A stretch of 54,584 nt of DNA from Folioceros fuciformis (Eukaryota): the NCBI GenBank assembly GCA_049999805.1, contig JBNGIO010006281.1:244210-298793 (forward strand), read 5' to 3'. Below the pieces are notes generated by a model that had not been told where the DNA came from, made no database searches, and saw nothing but the letters and a program-made list of their open reading frames with translations. Positions 36,607 to 49,173 of the stretch are shown piece after piece; the first letter of the stretch is position 1, and each line of letters starts with the position of its first letter. The position numbers were made by a program, and so were the translations under genes.

Positions 36607-39600
36607 CCAGGCGGTGACCATATCACACCACACACTACATAATGAGGGTGTGGTGAGGTCAGTGGGAGTCCCTCCTTGGGACTTGGGGCTGCGGCCAAAT
36701 CGGGCCGACAGACAGACCAGTGGGCAGGGCAAGGAAAGGCAGGGCAGGGCAGGGTAGATCCCTGGCCTTCCCTCCCTCCTCTCCCCCCAATCTGCTTAAA
36801 AAAGCGGCACTGCGTGCTGCTGCTGCGTCTGGCGCTACTGATGCTGATGCTGGGTGCAGCAGCCACCCGTCGCCGCGCCCGCAGCCAAGCCCAGCCAAGC
36901 CCAGCCCGGAGGGCAGGTGCCCGAGAAATCCCAGATATTTTTATTACATATCTCTGGGCCGTTCTCTCTCTCTCTCCATCTCCCTGTGCGTGTACATGGA
37001 TTGTCCGCAAGCTGCAAGCTGCAAGCTGCAGGCTGCAGCAGCCGCTATAAGAGGTCACGGTTGGTTGGCGGTGGGAGAGAAGGGCGGTGCTAGAATGGCG
37101 TGATTGGCGCGGGCCGCAGCCTACAAGCCGCAACGCCCCTCGCTGCACATGGGCGAGACGTGAGCCAAGAATAGAAGGAAAGAGCAGGTTAGCCAGCCAA
37201 TCACTGGGCTCCATTAATGATGACCAGCCCCAAAACTGCCGCCAATGAATGCGCATAACATCCAGTTTAAGGGCAGCCCCCATGCGGGTCGCTAAGCATG
37301 AGTGTAATGATGGAGCAGCGATTCGGGTATCCGGTTCCCGTTCCGGTTGAATGCTGGACTTGGCCGCCTCATCATGTCGTGGGCGCCGGCCGCCACTGCC
37401 CGCTGGCTGGCTGGCTGGCTCGCTGGCTGCATGTGCCACAACTCTCTGCCTTGCCCTGCCCTGCCCCGCTCCGCCCTGTCCTGTCCTGCCCTCCCCGTCT
37501 CATGCCCCATGTTATTCACAACAACTCCTTGAAATGGTCTAGTCCAATGCTGAATTACCAACAGTAACTACAAATTCCCTTTCTTTCTTTCCTTCCATTC
37601 CCATTCCAATTCCAATTCCAATTCCATTCCCGTGTTGTACGGACGGCATAAACTCCAGGCCCACCTCGCATCGCCTCCCACCCGCAAGCATTTGCCCAGC
37701 TTACCTTAATATAGCGCTACCGCTACCGATGCCGCTACCGCCACAGTTGGCCGCCGTCGATCCTCCCCTCCCCTCTGCCCAAGTCCCAGGTATCTAGATC
37801 TTCAACGTTTCTTCCTTAAACAGCAAAGCGCCTCAAGATGAAATGGTGGCGGAGCATGGAATTTTCGGGCCCCGCGCTCTCCTCTCCTCTCCTCTGCTGT
37901 GCTGTGCTCTGCTGTTCTGTTCTGTGCTTTGCGCCAACCCTCTCTCAAGACTTAGCAGCATCCCATTGCATGGCATCGTCTCGTCTTCCCCCCCCAGCCG
38001 AAAAGCAAAAAACCAAGCAGGCAAGCATTGGTTGCAGGTGGAGTATCGGGTTGGCGTCGCTTGTGTGGAACGGATCGGTATGGCATGTCAAAAGTACAAA
38101 CATTTTCTTTTCTCCTCTGCTCTGCTCTACTCTGCCCTGACCTGGCCTGTCCTGTCCTGCCCTGCCCTGCCCTGCCCTGCCCTGCTCTGCTGTGCTGTGC
38201 TTTGCTGTGCGAACGCGGAGTGGCGGGAGTGGGGGCGGCCCAATGGGACGCGTGGGCGACTGAGCGGGCTAGCGGCGTGGCCTCCTGTATCGCTAGGACT
38301 CGGCCCCACGCCACACGCCACACGCCAATCCAGAGGTTTTCTATCTCCAGGGCCAGAGCCAGGGCGCTGTGGCGCGCGGTGAGCGTGGCGTCCACACGCG
38401 CCGCAGCCAGCAACCATCAGCGTTTCGATCAGGATAACGTCGCTGCATCTCCCTCCCTCGGCTCCCTTTCCCAGCCCTGGGCCAGCGTCTCTCATCACTC
38501 ATTCTTGGTAGAGATCAAGCAAGCATGCAAGCACGAGCGGCCAGCACCCTAATCTTGCACTGTGCGAAGTCATGTCATGGCATCACACACGCCTGCCCGC
38601 CCCTTGCTACCTTTTTTATTCCGATCAAAGGCAAAGAAAGGCGCCTGCGCCTGGGTCTGGGCCTGGGCCTGGGCCTCGCCTGCCATGCTCTGCGCTACAC
38701 TGTTAATGCCCCTGCCCATTTGCTTTTGCTCTGCAGACTGCCACTTACCCCACCCCACCGCACCGCACCGCACAGCACCGCACCACGTTGCCTTCGGAAG
38801 CAACTTGTCCAACAATTGTGCGGAGTGATTGAAGGGAATGATCGAGCGGCCTGTCATCTGCTCCTCACGTCTCACCCACTCTCGACTCCCTGCCCAGGCC
38901 TGGCATCCTTCCTCCATTCTCCGCTCTCCACCTTCGACGCAACCAAACAAAACACAACAACGCCAAGCCAAGCCAAGCAGAGCAACGCAACGCAACGCAA
39001 CGCAACGCAACGCAAAGCCAAGTGTGGCTCTTGGCAGAAAGCGCAGTCCGGCTGCCCTGGCATGTCATGCCACTCTTCCATCCACCCTTTCCCCCTTCTC
39101 CTCCGCATCCGCATCCGCGTCCTCGTCCTACACCTCGTCCTCGCCCGCATCAGCGTCAGCGTCAGCGGATGACGTGAGTCAACAAGAACAAATAGTGGGG
39201 CAGCTACGCTCCAAAAACTGCATCTATCCAAAAAAACAAAAACCCGGCTCCACTGCCGGCCCTGATAGGCCCGGTCCCGAGCCAAGACCGGGCCGCGGCT
39301 GTCTGGTCGGGTCGGATCGCGTCGGAATGCAAACAAACACAGGCACGGTTTTGGAAAGCGAATGCCGTGCGGTGGGACAGAAGCCAGGGAGCCAGGATCG
39401 AAATGCACCGCACCCAGGCTGGCATATCGACAAGGCCCAAGCCGCGCAGCGCCACGTGGACCACCTTCTTTTCTCCTCTCCTTACCCTCGGCTCACCTCC
39501 GCTCGGCTCGGCTAGGCTCGGATAGGCTCGGATAGGCTCGGCTCAATGGCCTTATTCGCCCCATGGCAACGACTCTCCTCCATGACTGACTGAGTGGGCC

Positions 39601-39868
39601 AGCTATGGCATTCCCCTCCACAAAACCTCCTTCCTTTCCCCCTTCCCGACCACACAAACCCTACCCATGCTTCGGCCCTGGCCTGGCCTGGCTTGCCCTT
39701 CAACCGTAAAACGACAACACCTTAATAGCACCAGATATTTTCCCACATCCATCCTCTTCTCCCTTCCTCGACACTGCACACTCAGTGCTTGCACACCTAC
39801 AGGCTGCAGGCGGCCATTAGATTTCTTCACCTCCTCCTTTCTCCACCAACAACACACACGAGCGGATT

Positions 39869-39920
39869 GGGTTTGGGTTTGGGTTTGGGTTTGGGTTTGG
39901 GTTTGGATTCGGGTTTGGGT
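39869..39920. repeat. (GGGTTT)6 hexanucleotide microsatellite with a degenerate tail
   Basis: Read directly from the sequence. Confidence 0.9.
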
Positions 39921-41001
39921 TGGAGCCAACCGGACCAGACCATAGCGGACCGGACCGGAACGGAGCCGTTTCAAACTTGATTTGCAGACTGCAAGGACAG
40001 TGTGACCTCAACACAACACAATCCTACCTCGTCGCCCCACGACGCTTTCATACTCTGACGTAGTCCAACACCCACATTACTTATTGATTACCGAATCACC
40101 CACATCGCCATCAATCGGGAAGAAACGAACAAAAGGCAGTAGGAGTGGCTACGCCAAAGGCGAAGAGCTTGCAAGGCGGCTGGACCTGTGTCCCGGAAGG
40201 GGCAGGGAGAAGGGGCAGGGGCAGGGGCAGGGGCAGGGAGAAGAGGCAGGGGCAAGGGCAGGGGCGGGGGCAAAGGGCGGGGCCCCAAATGTCGTGCGCG
40301 AGAGAGCCTGCCATTGGCCCCGCCATGCTGTGCTGCATGGGACCCATCCATCTCATCATGCCCATGCTGCATTCAATTCCACCTCCTCTCCTCCTCTTCT
40401 CCTCCTCTCCTCCGCTGTTGCTGATCCTCTTCCAGCCCGCAGTCCCAAGTCATGGCTGGATTCGAGTCCGCTCGCTTCGCCTCGGCGCTCGAGCCTTTCG
40501 CATGTTCATCGGGCAGACTGTAGCCTCTATCTAGCCTTAGCTTGGGATGTAATGAAAACAGAGGCACCCACACCACAAACGCCTCCGGCCTCAACACGTT
40601 ATCACCTGGACGCGCTACCCCTTTCTGCTTATGATATTATTATTTTATCATATCACACCCAACTCTCCTTATCACACACAGAGCTAGCTAGCTAGCTTTG
40701 TCTTCTCACACGGACCAAGTGCACGCGCTTTTTCGCCTCTCCTCAGCGCTCCTCTCCACGCCTCGGGACACTTGAAACATTTGAAAAGCCTTACACGCAA
40801 CAACTGCAAACCACGCCTACGTCTCCAGCCCCAACCCACCAAACCGAATATGACTTTGTGTGTTTATAGTACCACGAGTTACATAGGAGCAGCATAATGC
40901 CATGCTGCGGATGCTGTTATGGGGACAATAATTTCTTCTGAACCTCGGCAGGACCATCACAAGACTGCCAGACCTTCACACGAAACAAATCACTTGTGCA
41001 T

Positions 41002-41218
41002 GTACCTCAGACCTTGACATAAAGCATGCGACACATTGATTCATAGTACCTTGAAGCTTGATATAAAGCATGCAACACATCGCAGTACCTCGAAGCTTGA
41101 CATAAAGCGACTGCAGCCGTCGGTCGTCTTACACATGTACTGTACTACGTCACTACACAGCGAACATACAACGAGGATGTACTGTACTACGTCACTACAC
41201 GGCGAACATACAACGAGG
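41002..41218. repeat. Two adjacent minisatellites: ~40-bp unit x3 (gtacct..a..cttga.ataaagc) and 42-bp unit x2 (atgtactgtactacgtcactacac.gcgaacatacaacgagg)
   Basis: Units at 41002, 41046 and 41085, then 41135 and 41177. Confidence 0.85.
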
Positions 41219-42014
41219 TTGGTTATGTCAGGTTTAGCTTAACGTTCTCCCACCTTCTCTTGCGCTGCAAAACACAGCTGGCCTGACTTGCTCCAGCCTA
41301 GCTAACTCATCCCGACCGTTGGTGAAAGCAACCTTACACATGCAAAACTATCACATCATAACTAACTGGGCAATTTTGAACTCTTGTCCACACCTACACT
41401 ACTCTGCCATGTACAACACACACCCACAAACTCACGCTACACCAATTGTCCTTCCACGCTCTAGCTTAATGTTTCACTACACCACATGATTATCAGATGT
41501 CTAGCCATTGTCCAGCTTCTTACATGTCACAGTTACATTCCACCCCTTCATGTCATGCGTGCATTTTCAAACTTGCACGACTACTTACACCTCATATGTA
41601 TGTACACAACCTCCTTTACATATAAAGCATGCCTGCAGGGGTTGTAGGGGTCAGGTTCAAATCCCAGCAAGATCAGACAAGCCCGAGACTCTTGTGTGTG
41701 TCTGCAACAGGTCTGGAATGTTCAAGGACAAGGACGAGCCAGTCCAGAGAGGCAAGACACTTGTGCATGATTGCCAGATCATAGCAACAAAGTAGAGTAC
41801 GCCCACAAGAGCATGTAGAGTACGCTCGCTAGAGCATGCTAGCAACAAAGTTGAGTACATCTCATCGCTCTCTCTTACACTCTTGCCTAGTCCTATTTTG
41901 TCTTGTCTCGTCCATAAAAAGAAAAAGACCCCTTTTTCAGACAAGGGGACAACATGCTATGTTGCCTGTCTATGTTGTATGTGCCTATGTCCATCACATC
42001 GTCCAGCCGGCCAG

Positions 42015-42162
42015 ACTAGGCTGGGCTAGGCTAGGCTAGGCTGGGCTAGGCTAGGCTAGGCTAGGCTAGGCTGGGCTAGGCTAGGCTAGGCTAGGCTAGG
42101 CTAGGCTAGGCTAGGCTAGGCTAGACTAGGCTAGACTAGACTAGACTCGGCTTAGGCTAGGG
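42015..42162. repeat. (CTAGG)n pentanucleotide microsatellite, ~145 bp
   Basis: Read directly from the sequence. Confidence 0.92.
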
Positions 42163-45100
42163 TAGGATATCCTATCTGCTTTTCAAATCTTCAATTTGAC
42201 TCATCCGGGTCACCTACACAATGAATCCTTATACTTTAGTCCAACCATGTACATACATTCCTAGGTGACCAAAAATATAATAATAATATTACGGACATGC
42301 GCAAAGATTCCCCGAGCAAACTGCGATGGAGGAAGATGAGGCCTCCCATGCGGAGCCAGCTGGTGGTGCGCATCTCATGACCCATAGGAGTCACGACCAC
42401 GATGGCCACTTGGCTGACGACGACTCGACTCGACTCGACTCGTCTCGTCTCGACTCCACTCGTCCCGTCTCGTCTCTTCATCCCACCCAACAGTCCCGCG
42501 GGTGTCGCAGTTCCCGTGATGGCGCAACCGCATGTGCTTGCAAGCTGTCGCGGTACTTGCGCGGCATGCACCGGCGCGGGAACTGGCACGGCGGGGCAGG
42601 GCAGGGCAGGGCAGGCACGACACGGGCCGGGGCGNNNNNNNNNNNNNNNNNNNNNNNNNNNNNNNNNNNNNNNNNNNNNNNNNNNNNNNNNNNNNNNNNN
42701 NNNNNNNNNNNNNNNNNNNNNNNNNNNNNNNNNNGGCCGGGTTTCGGGGTTCCCGGGTTCCCGGGTAGGGTAGCGTACCCGGGGAGGGGACCGGGGGTCC
42801 GGGGTCCGTCCACCGCCAGTCCTTACAAAAATCAGTGACGGACGCTGGGCGCAGTGGAGCCCACCATGGAAGGTAAGTCGGCCGAGAGAACCCGGGTGGC
42901 CTCCGGTTCCCGGTGTACACAAGTCAACATTCTGCCTGCCTGCGGCATGCATCATGTATGAATGTATGTATGTACCTATGTAGAGTATGTATGCATGGAG
43001 CACGGAGGGCATACTGTGGGCCCCAGTAGTTAGACGGACGGCGGTGAGTTTGGAAGGAGGTTTGGGCCACCGTTCGCCAGTGTCACTGCCTCTTGGCAGC
43101 GCCTACATATTTGGGGCTGGCCAGGGATCGAGTAGGCGGAAGCCAGGGATTGGCGCGGGGCCAGAGCTAGATGCATCCGGATGCATCCGACAGGAATCCC
43201 AGGCGGACTCCTCGCTACTCGAGCCTGAGTCTCCCATTGGGCCCCCAAATTCATTCACTCACTCGCCGCTCGCCTGACTTCCGCCTTCCAGGCCTTACTT
43301 CCGGCCACACATTACATGGACGTGACAGGACATTACATCCTTCTCCGCCCAGGATTCCTCCACAAACTACTCACAGTCCCCAGTCCCCAGTCCCCAGTCC
43401 CCAGTCCCCAGTCCCAGTCATGTCCCTCGCTGTGTGTGCCCTCCTTTGTCCGCTCTCCACGTTTCAGGCTCACGTCTCCGACTTGGGTCCGTCGCCTGAA
43501 TCAGCGCCCCCTCCCGTCTCTGTCTTCGCTTTCACACTTGCCAGATCGCAATAATATCTGGCCCGCCATCAAACCAAACCGTCGCCACCCGACCTGTCGT
43601 GTCGGCCTCATCCCACACTTGCTGCACCGTCCCAGCTGGCCGTCCATTCCTTTGGGGATCAATCCGCTCCACTGGACCTCGTACGTTTGACCACCGCTTC
43701 AATACCCTATCCGACCCTACCCCCCCCACCCTTTAAGCTTCAACATATCTCAAATGTATATGTATATCCAGATCCTCACTTCTCATATCACACACACCCA
43801 CACATCTTTAATGCTCTTCCAATCTCTTTTAATGCTCCTATGTTCCTCTCCTGATTGGTTGGTCCTAAACCTCGGCATCATCGCTAACATCATCGCTGTT
43901 TTTTCACAATGTTGATCCGCCATTCACACGATTCTAATCCTCTAGTCTTCATTCCTTGATTCCAATCCTCTAGTCTTCCTTCCTTCCTTCCTTCCTTCCC
44001 TCCTTCCGTTCGACTCCAACAAACAACCCAATTCAAAATTTGAAACTAGACACACTAAGTGCTCTCAGTTAATCCAGATGCAGAATCGTTTTTGCCAATC
44101 CTTCCGTTCGATTGCCAACAACCCAATTCAAATTTCGAAACAGAGGAGACATTAATTGCACGCAGTCAAGATGCACAACTGTTTTCAAATTTGAAATAAA
44201 ACAACACCTCGTACTCCAAGCACGACTCGACTCGACTCGACTCGGCTCAGCTCATTTTGAAGTACACTATATCTTTTACAATAAGTGGAAAGGGAAAGGC
44301 TTAGCCTCAAGTGAGAAGTGTCACAATCAACTTATCTCGTGTGTCTTACTCATACTAAGTGATTCGTGGAGTATTATGGATTGTGAATAAAATTTCTTGC
44401 ATGCTCAAAGTTTTTAGAAGAACCTTAAAAGAGTTGTCAAAGTTCAAAACTCAGTGAATTCATTTACACATATCAAATAAATAACCATCACTTTAAATCA
44501 TATTATCGAGAGAAGACGTACTTGTGTGAGAATAGTTGTAAAATATTATATATATATATATATTCAAAACTATCATCAATTCAAGATGAATATATTGATG
44601 TAACCTTTTGCGCAGAAAAACTTACACTGAATCACAGCCTAAAAGCATGTTATCCTAGGTTTTTGCGCTTCCTTCCTTCCTTCCTGTGTATTCTTGGGGA
44701 AGTAATATGTACTAAGAGAGTTGGAAAGTATTCTTTGAATATTATGAATTTAAAAGAATATATGAAGAAGATACTGGAATGTATTGCCAATCATGCAAGA
44801 ATTAATTAGACGGGATTGAATCTTTGATGAGTACAATGAAAGCACTTTATGCTACAGTGGAGGTGTTCAGAGCAAGAGTGGTCAAACAAGACCTACAAAG
44901 CATTTGGGAGACTGGAGGGCAGAGGAGGAGGCGGGTGAGAAGGAAGGAGAGGAAAGTATAAATATAGACAAAAAAATATGAATATAAAAGGATGGCGTTG
45001 TACAGTAGCTACTGGAAAAAGAACAAGTAAGGAGAATGTGTGAAGTGGCGAGAAGTAGTAGCAAGTCTCCCCAGGGCTCCCGCTTCCAGCCAGAGCTGGA

Positions 45101-47126
45101 TGTTTGTTGGCTTGGTGCCTTGTTGTGGAAGCAGAAGCGGAAGCTGGGCGGAGATTCCGAAACGGAGCCCCCCAAGCCTGGAGCACGTTGAGTCTCGCAA
45201 GGCAGGGCAAGGCAAGGCCGGAACGGGCCGGGCCGGGTTGGGTCGGGCCGGGTCAGGCGAAAAATAATAGGACGCCGTCGTCGGTTCCGACACGTGGTGC
45301 CGAGGGCGACGTGGCGGGCGTGCGACTGGCCACAGACAACCCCAAAAATTCCAGGGGCCTTTCGGCCTGATTCGGGCCGCCGAAGAGAAACGACGGTCCC
45401 ATAGGGAGCCATGCACGCCCATGCACGACCAGGGGCTAGGGCCGGGCCGTCGTGCTCCCTTCCACCCCGACCCCGAGCGCCGCACGGTGCCTCTGCCTCT
45501 GCCTCCCTGCCCTCTGCCCGGTCGTTTCCCGCCACTGGTCGCAACTCCCCGTTCTCCCTTCTTGTTTTGTTTTTTTTGCCGCCAACCCGTTCTTGGTTCC
45601 CGCCAAGTGCGGTCGAGCGCCGGGTTTGGCCACGGGTAAGGTAGGCAAGGGTAGGGGTGACGGGCAAGGGTACTTCGTAAGGGGGATGAAATGCGGAAGG
45701 GCTTGGGCTTGGGTTCGCCGGTGGCCAGCCGGTCGCAAAAGTACAATACATGTGTACGGGGTGATGGCGGGAAGGGGCGGGGGCTGGGGCTGGGGCTGGG
45801 GCTGGACTGGGCTGCTCTTCGCTGTGCCAGGCCGCCTCATCACCAGATCATATGCTCCCAAAAAGGAAAAGGACGAGGGAAAACGAAACAAGAGTGGGAA
45901 TCTGTCCGAGCGGCCGAGCTGGTCGGCTATGTTTAACGGCGTGTGGGTATCGATACAACGGCTGCAGTGAGGGGGGGCCAGCCAGGGGCTTCGGCTTCGG
46001 CTTCCGCTACCGGCACCGGCCTCCGCCTCCGCCTCGCCCTCGCCCTCGCCCTCGCCCTCGCCCGCGCCCTCGGCCTTTTCCTTGTGTATCGTAGAGGTCA
46101 CGGTAGTCGCCTCCCCGCCTCCGTTCCCGGGGAAGTGGCGGGAAGGTTGGAAGGAAGTGGGAAGGAAGGGAGGAAAGGGGTANNNNNNNNNNNNNNNNNN
46201 NNNNNNNNNNNNNNNNNNNNNNNNNNNNNNNNNNNNNNNNNNNNNNNNNNNNNNNNNNNNNNNNNNNNNNNNNNNNNNNNNNACCACACCCCGCCCGGCA
46301 GGAGCTGCAGCAGCAGTAGCAGCAGGAGCTGCAGTAGGAGCTCTGCGGCAGCATCACACCGCCGCATGCCCTTTTGCTCCTCCTTGCCTTGCTTTCGTTT
46401 CCCTTCTGCCTCGCCTCGCCTCGCCTCGCCTCTGCTCTGCTGTGCTCTGTTCTGCTCTGCTCTGCTGTGCTGTGCTCTGCTTGCTGCGACTCTTTGCGCC
46501 CTCGCAAGCCTGGCTTTGCCTCCTGGAGTCGTTGCTGTTGGAACCTGTATCGAGCCAGCCAGAGTCTGAGTCCGGAGCCAGAGCCAGAGACTGCCCCTTC
46601 CTTGGTCGCCGCCTAGCCTAGCCTAGCCCGACCCTCCTCTGCCTGCTGGCCTGGCCTGGCCTTGCCTTGCCTTCCTGCCTGCCTGCTTCCCGTCGTCCCG
46701 TGAGTTTTGCTGGGGTGTGGGCGGTTTTGCGTGGATGCTCCTGGACTTCGTCTCCGGTGGGAGTGAGGGACTCGGGGAATTTTTTGCCTGAAGCTTCTCG
46801 TAAGCTTCTCTTCATGCACTATCGCCTTCACACCGCGCTCAAGACAGGTAGCGATAGCTAGCTGCCTGGGTGGATTCATTTCGTGCATTGGGTACTTGGT
46901 CCTGCCTGTTTGTTTTTTCTTCCCCTCCCCACCTCTGTTTCCCTCCTCCTCTTCCTTCTGCTTCTTGTTGCGAAGCCCACCACCAAATACCTCACTAGTC
47001 GTGGGGAGAAAGGAGGGAGTGAGGCGTGGGAATGGCGTTGGACGTGGTGGTGAGGATACTGTCTGACCCATGCTGGGTGGCGCTGCTTGCTCAGGTCACT
47101 TGCGCCGGGCTTTGACAGCCCTCTAC

Positions 47127-47267
47127 ATGCAGTACCGCCTCTCTGTCGCCATCAACGCTTGTTTCTGTGGTGGTTTACATATCGTTATTGTCTACCTGCT
47201 AATCACGGATTTGAGGCGGTCCCGGGCCGAAGATGCCAGGCCCTCAGACTTTACCAAAATCATCTAA
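47127..47267 (+). promoter_or_regulatory. Upstream ORF overlapping the CRF start codon (candidate conserved-peptide uORF)
   Basis: ATG at 47127 encodes MQYRLSVAINACFCGGLHIVIVYLLIT...* and ends 35 nt inside the main ORF in another frame. The GGLHI core resembles the GGFHI I recall from the uORFs of angiosperm CRF10/CRF12. Confidence 0.55.
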
Positions 47268-49173
47268 CACCCTGGTGAAGCGGACACCGAAGATTGGCAA
47301 GAAATCTCTCAAGCGAGAGTACCTTTCTGACTCAGAGGAGGAATGGAAGGTGGGAAAGTTCCAGGTTTGCCCCAAGCGGGTGCGGGTCATCTGCACCGAT
47401 CCCGATGCCGCCGACTCCTCCTCCAGTGACGACGACGAGTCCAGAAATTTTGTCTACAGTACAGCCCGCCTGATGAGGCCGGGAGGCCGCAACTCGAGGC
47501 ATGTGCCGGACGTCTGCTCCCCCTCTTCCGAGGGAGAAGAGGAAGAAGAGGAGGACGCTGACGAGGAGGAGGCCGAAGAGGATGGCGATGAGGAGGAGGA
47601 GGAGGAGGACGAAGAGAGCTCTGAGGAGGAGCAGATGCAGGAGCAGGAGCAGGAGGTGCCCAGCTACCACTCAGTCTTCACCGCTGCTGCTCGCAGACCC
47701 CTGCCTTCGCCAGTCACCAATGCCACCAATTTCTTGTCCAAGCTGCACCACCCGGGCCCTCCGCAGGGTAGAAAGAAGTCAGACAGAGTGACGGCAGCGA
47801 AGAAGACTCTGAAGCGGGGAGGTGGCAGGCGTCAATCTGAGGCGGCGGGAAAAGAAGTTCCCCTGCGCAAGGCGGAGAAGACTGTTTCCGTTTCCAGATC
47901 CTCCTCGGCTCGCCAGCAGCAACCGCACCATCAGCATCAGCAGCAGCACCAACCGCAGAAGGTGCAAAAGTATAGAGGTGTCCGTCAACGGCCTTGGGGG
48001 AAGTGGGCTGCTGAGATCCGCGACCCCTCGAAGGGCGTCAGGCTGTGGCTTGGCACTTACGATACCGCGGAGGAAGCTGCTCAGGCTTACGACAAGGCTG
48101 CTCGCCAGATCCGAGGGCCTCAGGCCCACACCAACTTCTCCGGGACGTCAGACAATGTGACGCCTGTTCTGCCTACCATCCAGTCGAAAGCCGAGCCGCG
48201 GATGGAGGACGCAGTGGAGGAAGGTGAGGCGGTGGAGGAAGAGCGGTGTGGGAACGGGAGCGGGAATGAAGAGGATGAGTTCGAGGCCAAGCCCGAAGTG
48301 TTGGCCCCCGGCTGCATCGCTGTGCAAGAATGCAAGTTATCCACCGAATGTTTGGTGAACGATGACGATCCTCTGGAGGAAGCGGAAGTTGAGAGGAGGA
48401 GGGAGGAGAAGCTGTTGGAGGAGGAGCTCATGCGGGAGCTTCGGCGGAGTGGGGACTTTGACGACGTGGAGGAGGAGGAAGAGGACGCCGAGGAGGAAGA
48501 CGGAGAGTTGGTGATGGAGGAGGAGTGCTACATGGTAGAGGACGCGGTGACGGTGAAGCATGAGCTTCCCGAGGAGGAGGGTTCGCTGGAGGAAGGCTCC
48601 ACCCCGGACTTCGATGACTACTGCCTGGACTGTTGCGAGGATGAGCCCCTGTACGTTGGTGTCCCTGGGGAGGAGATGGATGTGTCGTCAGCAGAGATGT
48701 TGCGGCAGCTGGAGGAGGGCTTCTGTGAGTACGAGGACATGGTGGGCACGTCGTATGACGACGCCGAGCTGTGCGAGGCGACTTGCAGTCTGAGCGAGCT
48801 GGATCCGAAGTGCAATGGCCCTCAGCAGCTCCATGACTTGCATCAGCATCAGCAGCAGCAGCAGCACATGATGCCTGGGTCGCAAGGGTCTGCAACCAGC
48901 CCGGACTCTGGGTTTTTGGAGGGTTCAGTAGGAAGCGAGTGCTCCGACTCCATCAACTCCAGCCCGCTGGAGCTGGAGGACATGAACAGCCTCTTCAACC
49001 ACGATCTCATCTTTGATGTGGTGGGCAACGATACAACGGTGGATGGGATGCTGGATTTCCCCGACGTCTATACCCTGCCCGACGAAGAGTTCTCCGATGT
49101 ATCTTTTGTGGACGATGGCGCTTTGGACTGGTTCAGCCTTCCAGATGTGTCGGAGATCGGGGTGAACTGCTGA
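47233..49173 (+). CDS. CRF: AP2/ERF transcription factor, cytokinin response factor (CRF) subgroup, single coding exon
   Basis: CRF domain ([21 protein letters not shown]) precedes one AP2 domain ([56 protein letters not shown]). Long acidic C-terminus. Confidence 0.93.
   Translation: MPGPQTLPKSSNTLVKRTPKIGKKSLKREYLSDSEEEWKVGKFQVCPKRVRVICTDPDAADSSSSDDDESRNFVYSTARLMRPGGRNSRHVPDVCSPSSEGEEEEEEDADEEEAEEDGDEEEEEEDEESSEEEQMQEQEQEVPSYHSVFTAAARRPLPSPVTNATNFLSKLHHPGPPQGRKKSDRVTAAKKTLKRGGGRRQSEAAGKEVPLRKAEKTVSVSRSSSARQQQPHHQHQQQHQPQKVQKYRGVRQRPWGKWAAEIRDPSKGVRLWLGTYDTAEEAAQAYDKAARQIRGPQAHTNFSGTSDNVTPVLPTIQSKAEPRMEDAVEEGEAVEEERCGNGSGNEEDEFEAKPEVLAPGCIAVQECKLSTECLVNDDDPLEEAEVERRREEKLLEEELMRELRRSGDFDDVEEEEEDAEEEDGELVMEEECYMVEDAVTVKHELPEEEGSLEEGSTPDFDDYCLDCCEDEPLYVGVPGEEMDVSSAEMLRQLEEGFCEYEDMVGTSYDDAELCEATCSLSELDPKCNGPQQLHDLHQHQQQQQHMMPGSQGSATSPDSGFLEGSVGSECSDSINSSPLELEDMNSLFNHDLIFDVVGNDTTVDGMLDFPDVYTLPDEEFSDVSFVDDGALDWFSLPDVSEIGVNC

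Noticed and set aside
43170-43187. 18-bp perfect palindrome gatgcatccggatgcatc
   Set aside because: Explained by a tandem duplication of a short self-complementary unit, with no supporting context.
33296-46621. Many 100-330-aa ORFs in the microsatellite-rich region
   Set aside because: Low-complexity translations of SSRs in GC-rich DNA, open in several frames on both strands, with no domain motifs.
33000-47000. Possible conserved miRNA, tRNA or snRNA genes
   Set aside because: I recognised no conserved plant miRNA or tRNA sequence by eye; an Rfam/miRBase search would be needed to exclude them.
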